From NCBI GenBank assembly GCA_951406725.2, contig OX597841.1, positions 7,564,001 through 7,628,000 on the forward strand: DNA of 64,000 bases, written 5' to 3'. The notes beneath the pieces were generated by a model that ran no database searches, was not told the DNA's origin, and saw nothing but the letters and a program-made list of their open reading frames with translations. This DNA is from Octopus vulgaris. Its lineage: Eukaryota. Position numbers and translations under genes: made by a program. Positions 57,960 to 64,000 of this stretch are shown in pieces (within the stretch, counting starts at the first letter, position 1; the number at the start of each line of letters is the position of its first letter).

Positions 57960-59040
57960 AAGATGCCCCAGATGTGACCATCCTGTCTTTTATACAAACA
58001 TAGTCTATCTAGGACTACATTATCAAATGTGTCCCTCCTTGGTATTGTTTTACCTCCTGGTCAATCTTGATCGAGTAGACCTCTGATCAACGATGTTCCA
58101 ACTGTGACCATCCTGTCTTTTATACTGACCTGGTGTATCTAGGACTACATCATTTAATGTGCCCTTCCTCGCTGATGTTTAGTCCTATATCAGTCCAGAT
58201 CCAGCAGGCCTATGATCAAAGATGTTCCAGTTCTGACCATCTCAACTTTATTCATAGTGTATCTAGGACTACATTGTCGTATGTGTCTTTTGTTCTTGTT
58301 GTAGTTGGTCACTCTCGATCCAGCTAACGTATGATCAAAGAAAGATCCAGCTGTGACCATCTCAACTTTTATTCTGACATAGTGTATCTAGGACTACATT
58401 TTCTAAAGCGCCCTTCTTTCCTGTTGTTTAACCCCAGGTCAGTCCCGATTCAGCAGACCAATGATCAAGGATGTTCTAGCTATGACCATCTCAACTTTTA
58501 TTCAGACATAGGCGCAGGAGTGGTTGTGTGGTAAGTAGCTTGCTAACCGGGTTCAGTCCCATTGAGTGGCACCTTGGGCAAGTGTCTTCTGCTATAGCCT
58601 CGGGCAGACCAATACTTTGTGAGTGGATTTGGTAGACGGAAACTGAAAGAAGCCCGTCGTATACATGTATATATATATGTGTGTATGTGTGTGTGTTTGT
58701 CCCCTTAGCATTGTTTGACAACCGATGCTGGTGTGTTTACGTCCCCGTCACTTAGTGGTTCGGCAAAAGAGACCGATAGAATAAGTACTGGGCTTACATA
58801 AGAATAAGTCCCGGGATCGATTTGCTCGATTAAAAAGGCGGTGCTCCAGCATGGCCGCAGTCAAATGACTGAAACAAGTAAGAGAGTAAAAGAGTATAGT
58901 CTATCTGGGACTACATTTTCGTATGTATCTTTTCTTCTTGTTGCATTTGTTTAGCCCCAGGTCTGTCCTAATCAAGCAGATCTACGATGAAAGATGCTCC
59001 AGCTGTGACCATCTCGACTTTCATTCAAGCATAATGCATC
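57960..59040. repeat. Degenerate ~128-bp tandem repeat (about 6 units) interrupted by a SINE
   Basis: Recurring GATGTTCCAGCTGTGACCATC...GTATCTAGGACTACAT at about 57961, 58092, 58221, 58344, 58471 and 58992. Confidence 0.8.
58510..58895 (+). mobile_element. SINE family B, full length
   Basis: Match to 17892-18302, with a small deletion in the head. Confidence 0.9.
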
Positions 59041-59159
59041 GAGAACAAGGTTACGCAAAGTGATGTCCTTCAATTGTAGAGAGCCGAAGCTTTGATCCCA
59101 AAGTGATTTAGCTGCTATTTCATGAAGGCCGAGTGACTCTGTAGAAGCTGCACACTTGT

Positions 59160-59293
59160 CGCTGTTGTTGTTATTGTTGTGTATTTGTCATTACTGTTGT
59201 TGTTGTTGTTGTTGTCGTTGATGATGATGATGTTGGGATTGTTGTTCTCGCTGTAGCCATCTTTGTTGCTATTATTGTTGTTATTGGTTACGC

Positions 59294-59324
<31 letters not shown>

Positions 59325-59409
59325 ATTTATGTCGGTGTTCCTTCAAGAATTTTTCAAAAAATTTATCTTTATTGAAGGGATTAAAATAACTTTTTGTTTT
59401 GCTTTGTTG

Positions 59410-59445
<36 letters not shown>

Positions 59446-59449
59446 GTTG

Positions 59450-59511
<62 letters not shown>

Positions 59512-59518
59512 CATTTGC

Positions 59519-59564
<46 letters not shown>

Positions 59565-59569
59565 TAGTA

Positions 59570-59639
<70 letters not shown>

Positions 59640-59842
59640 TAGTATTATTATTATTTTTATTATTATTTATTATTATTATTATTATTTTTTATTATTATTA
59701 TTATTATTATTATCATTATTATTATTTATTATTATTATTATCATTATTATTATTTATTATTATTATTATTATTTTCTATTATTATTATTATTATTATTAT
59801 CATTATTACTATTATTATTTAGTATTATTATTATTATTATTA

Positions 59843-59895
<53 letters not shown>

Positions 59896-59903
59896 TATTA
59901 TTT

Positions 59904-59939
<36 letters not shown>

Positions 59940-59941
59940 TA

Positions 59942-59985
<44 letters not shown>

Positions 59986-60315
59986 CATTTTGATTCTTTG
60001 AATATTTCTCGGCTATTGATGATAACGCTAAGATAATCCCTGGATTAAGCGGGGGCTTCTCTGACGTTACTTCCACATCAATGAAACTCTCTTCCCATAC
60101 GTCTCGAACCTCCCCCTCTCACTGTTCGCCCCTGTGGCAAATAAAAGAAATTATTATTACTATCATCATCATCATCATCCTCATCATCATCATCATCATT
60201 ATTATTATTATCATTATTATCATTATTATTATCATTATTATTATCATCATTATTATTATTATTATCATTATTATTATTATCATTATTATCATTATTATTA
60301 TCATTATTATTATCA

Positions 60316-60367
<52 letters not shown>

Positions 60368-60588
60368 CATTATTATTATCATTATTATTATCATTACTAT
60401 TATCATTATTATTATTATTATTATTATTATTGTTGTTATTATTATTATTATTATTATTACTGCTTATATTCTTGCTGCAATTGTTACTCATGACGTCATC
60501 CTCACCAATGACATCATCATCATCATCATAACATCATCACCACCACCACCACCACCACCACCACCACCACCACCATCATCACCACCAC

Positions 60589-60620
<32 letters not shown>

Positions 60621-60650
60621 CCACCATCATCATCACCAACATCATCATCG
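59160..60650. repeat. Trinucleotide tracts (GTT)n, (ATT)n, (ATC/ATT)n and (CAC/CAT)n
   Basis: Read directly. Confidence 0.9.
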
Positions 60651-60920
60651 TCACTCAATCTACTGTAAGCGAACATTGGATCTGCCGAGATCGTTAGAGC
60701 CTTGGAAAAAAAAAAACTGTTCCTCTGTAATATTTTTAAAACTTTACGCTTGCGTTCGAATCCACCAAGGTAGTATGTGTCTCGTGCTATAATATTTGAC
60801 GGCGATGGTGTAGACTATGAGCGTTGAGTTCTTTCTTTGGCCGCACTCGTATATTTTCTCTCACCAACGGACAATTATTTACATTTCAAAGAAGAAGTAG
60901 TTTTATTTCTTCTTAGCTTT

Positions 60921-61070
60921 GCGTATATCCGAAATTAGACTTGCGTATACTCGAAATTTTACCTAGATACTTCTAAAATTTGGTTTATGAATCCCCGAAA
61001 TTTGACTAGCGTATATCCGAAATTGAATTCGGGTATGTCTGGAATTTGACTTGTATTTATCTGAAATTAC
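60921..61070. repeat. Degenerate 22-bp minisatellite (GCGTATATCCGAAATTAGACTT-like), about 7 units
   Basis: GAAATT-like motifs recur with roughly 22-bp spacing. Confidence 0.65.
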
Positions 61071-61092
61071 CTTCTGTTCAGTTTTTGAATCC

Positions 61093-61185
<93 letters not shown>

Positions 61186-61347
61186 GTTTAAATATTTGTT
61201 GTGCAAGATTTTTTATGTGAAGTCGTGAGTTGAAACATATTGTTATATGTAAAAAATAAATAACACTGAGGCAAAATAACACCAAATATATAGTGCGTGT
61301 GTTTTTATTGGCTAAACTGGCAAAATTACCATTCCGAAATATAACAA

Positions 61348-61387
<40 letters not shown>

Positions 61388-61392
61388 AATAT

Positions 61393-61618
61393 TAATTTAG
61401 GGTATCTAAGAGATACCACCACGCTGGAAATAGCAGCCAAAACCTGACTCTAAAACCACATTAAACGTTCATACCGCACCAGGAGTAGCAAAAAATGTCT
61501 AGTTTATTTTGTCTTCTTCTCTTCTCTCCTGGTGCGGTATGAACGTTTAATGTGGTTTTAGAGTCAAGTTTTGACTGCTATTTCCAGCGTGGCGGTATCT
61601 CTTAGATACCCTAAATTA
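61393..61618. repeat. Fold-back element, 93-bp arms with a 40-bp spacer, abutting (TA)n
   Basis: 61393-61485 versus the reverse complement of 61526-61618 shows 3 mismatches. Confidence 0.93.
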
Positions 61619-61959
61619 TAAATTTAATAATAATCATTACCTTTGAAGGTTTTTATTCCCATGCTGGCCACTTGATAAGATCGATATTTAGATTAACGAT
61701 CTTATCCTTATATATATATATATATAACAATTTTGGTAGGTGTAAAATTCACCTAAGGGAAATTAAATATCCGAAGAATTTACTGGATTATATTACCTGT
61801 ATCAATAACAATGTTATTCCAGTAGGTAAGTAAAAAATAGATATGCAGTTTATTAATGAATAAATATAAATAAGAACTGGAAAACAAAACCAGAAATATT
61901 TAAATTGAATTGAATTCATAATTGTTCAATTTATTGTTTTTTTTTTCTATTTCTTATAC

Positions 61960-62950
61960 GTACATACACATACATACACACATATATACATGCATACATA
62001 CATACATACATACACACATATATACATGCATACATACATACATACATACATACATACATACGTACATACATACATACATACATACATACATACATACATA
62101 CATACATACATACATACATACATACATACATACATACATACATACATACATACATACATACATACATACATACAACACATACATACATACATACATACAT
62201 ACATACATACATACATACATACATACATACATACATACATACATACATACATACATACATACACACACATACATACATACATACATACATACATACATAC
62301 ATACATACATACATACATACATACATACATACATACATACATACATACACAACATACATACATACATACATACATACATACATACATACATACATACATA
62401 CATACATACATACATACATACATACATACATACATACTACATACATACATACATACATACATACATACATACATACATACATACATACATACATACATAC
62501 ATACATACATACACACACATACATACATACATACATACATACATACATACATACATACATACATACATACATACATACATACATACATACATACATACAA
62601 ACATACATACATACATACATACATACATACATACATACATACATACATACATACATACATACATACATACATACATACATACATACATACATACATACAT
62701 ACATACGTACATACATACACACACATATGCATACATACATACATACATGCATACAAACATACATACATACATACATACATACATACATACATACATACAT
62801 ACATACATACAAACATACATACATACATACATACATACAAACATACATACATACATACATACATACATACAAACATACATACATACATACATACAAACAT
62901 ACATACATACATACATACATACATACATACTTACATACATACATACATAC

Positions 62951-62982
<32 letters not shown>

Positions 62983-63020
62983 GTACATACATACATACAT
63001 ACATACATACACATACATAC
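61960..63020. repeat. (CATA)n microsatellite, about 1 kb
   Basis: Read directly. Confidence 0.97.
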
Positions 63021-63033
63021 ATATATATATATA

Positions 63034-63236
63034 TCCTTTTTTTCTTTCTTACTTGTTTCAGCCTTTTAGTCGAGCAAATCAATCCCAGGACTTATTCTTT
63101 GCAAGCCTAGTACGTATTCTATCGGTCTCTTTTGCCGAACCGCTACGTTACGGGGACGTAAACACACCAGCATCGGTTGTCAAGTGATGCTGGGGGGACA
63201 AACATAGAAACACAAACATATACACACACACATACA

Positions 63237-63299
<63 letters not shown>

Positions 63300-63451
63300 G
63301 ACAGGCTTCTTTCAGTTTCCGTCTGCCAAATCCACTCACAAGGCTTTGGTCGACCCGAGGCTATAGTAGACACTTGCCCAAGATGTCACGCTGTGGAACT
63401 GTACCCGGAACCATGTGGCTGGTAAGCAAGCTACTTACCACACAGCCACTC
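63034..63451 (-). mobile_element. SINE family B with internal deletion
   Basis: Reverse-complement match to family B. Confidence 0.88.
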
Positions 63452-63524
63452 ATATATATATATATATAGAAGAAATACTAAATTTCTAAATCTCTCGTAG
63501 AGATATGTACGGTGGTGGGGCGAT

Positions 63525-63884
63525 AGAATGGTTGTGTACTATCACTCTAACACGAACGTGACAGTAGTGTATACACCAACGCTGTATAGCCCTAGAAAGC
63601 ATCGACGCCTCCTGATGGCTTTGACACATTTTTCCCTGTGTCCTTATATACATTTACGAAGGGGAGACAAACACCCCCGGCCGCCGGAGCTTCATCCTGA
63701 AACACGTGTCTCTAGATGCAGGCCTGGCTGCTGGGGGTGTTTGTCTCCCCTTCGTAAATGTATATAAGGACACAGGGAAAAATGTGTCAAAGCCATCAGG
63801 AGGCGTCGATGCTTTCTAGGGCTATACAGCGGTGGTGTATACACTACTGTCACGTTCGTGTTAGATTGGCAGTATACAACCATT

Positions 63885-63886
<2 letters not shown>
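63525..63886. repeat. 362-bp spacerless palindrome abutting (TA)n
   Basis: Symmetry axis ACAC|GTGT at 63705/63706. The outer 154-bp arms have 5 mismatches, and the inner 27 bp have 9. Confidence 0.95.
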
Positions 63887-63963
<77 letters not shown>

Positions 63964-64000
63964 CGACTAAGTGGCGGAGAAAGAGAAGTGAAAACCTTGG

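Overview
This is repeat-saturated animal genomic DNA with no convincing host-gene exon. The microsatellite load and the tRNA-SINE families look like those of an octopus or other coleoid cephalopod, which is an inference. Almost all ORFs in the supplied track are microsatellite artefacts. The real coding remnants are three 5'-truncated CR1-group LINEs, two Penelope-like (PLE) GIY-YIG fragments with a CxCx5C linker, an RTE-like C-terminal zinc-finger stub and a decayed LTR-retrotransposon gag. Also present are many tRNA-derived SINEs, two complete non-autonomous Helitrons, a Tigger-like MITE, several minisatellites and a 4.8-kb (GGT)-based satellite. The most interesting signals are four. (1) About ten minimal hammerhead-ribozyme motifs sit in short elements embedded in (TA)n or (AAT)n tracts, including a tandem pair exactly 300 bp apart. 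(2) A recurring class of (TA)n-adjacent fold-back elements has near-perfect outer arms and an imperfect apex, one with a hammerhead at the apex and a 173-bp target duplication. (3) Two unrelated SINE families form 'one tRNA head, many bodies' tandem arrays. (4) The dominant SINE shares a 3' stem-loop, with compensatory changes, with the resident CR1-type LINE. All calls were made by eye, with no database searches or folding computations.
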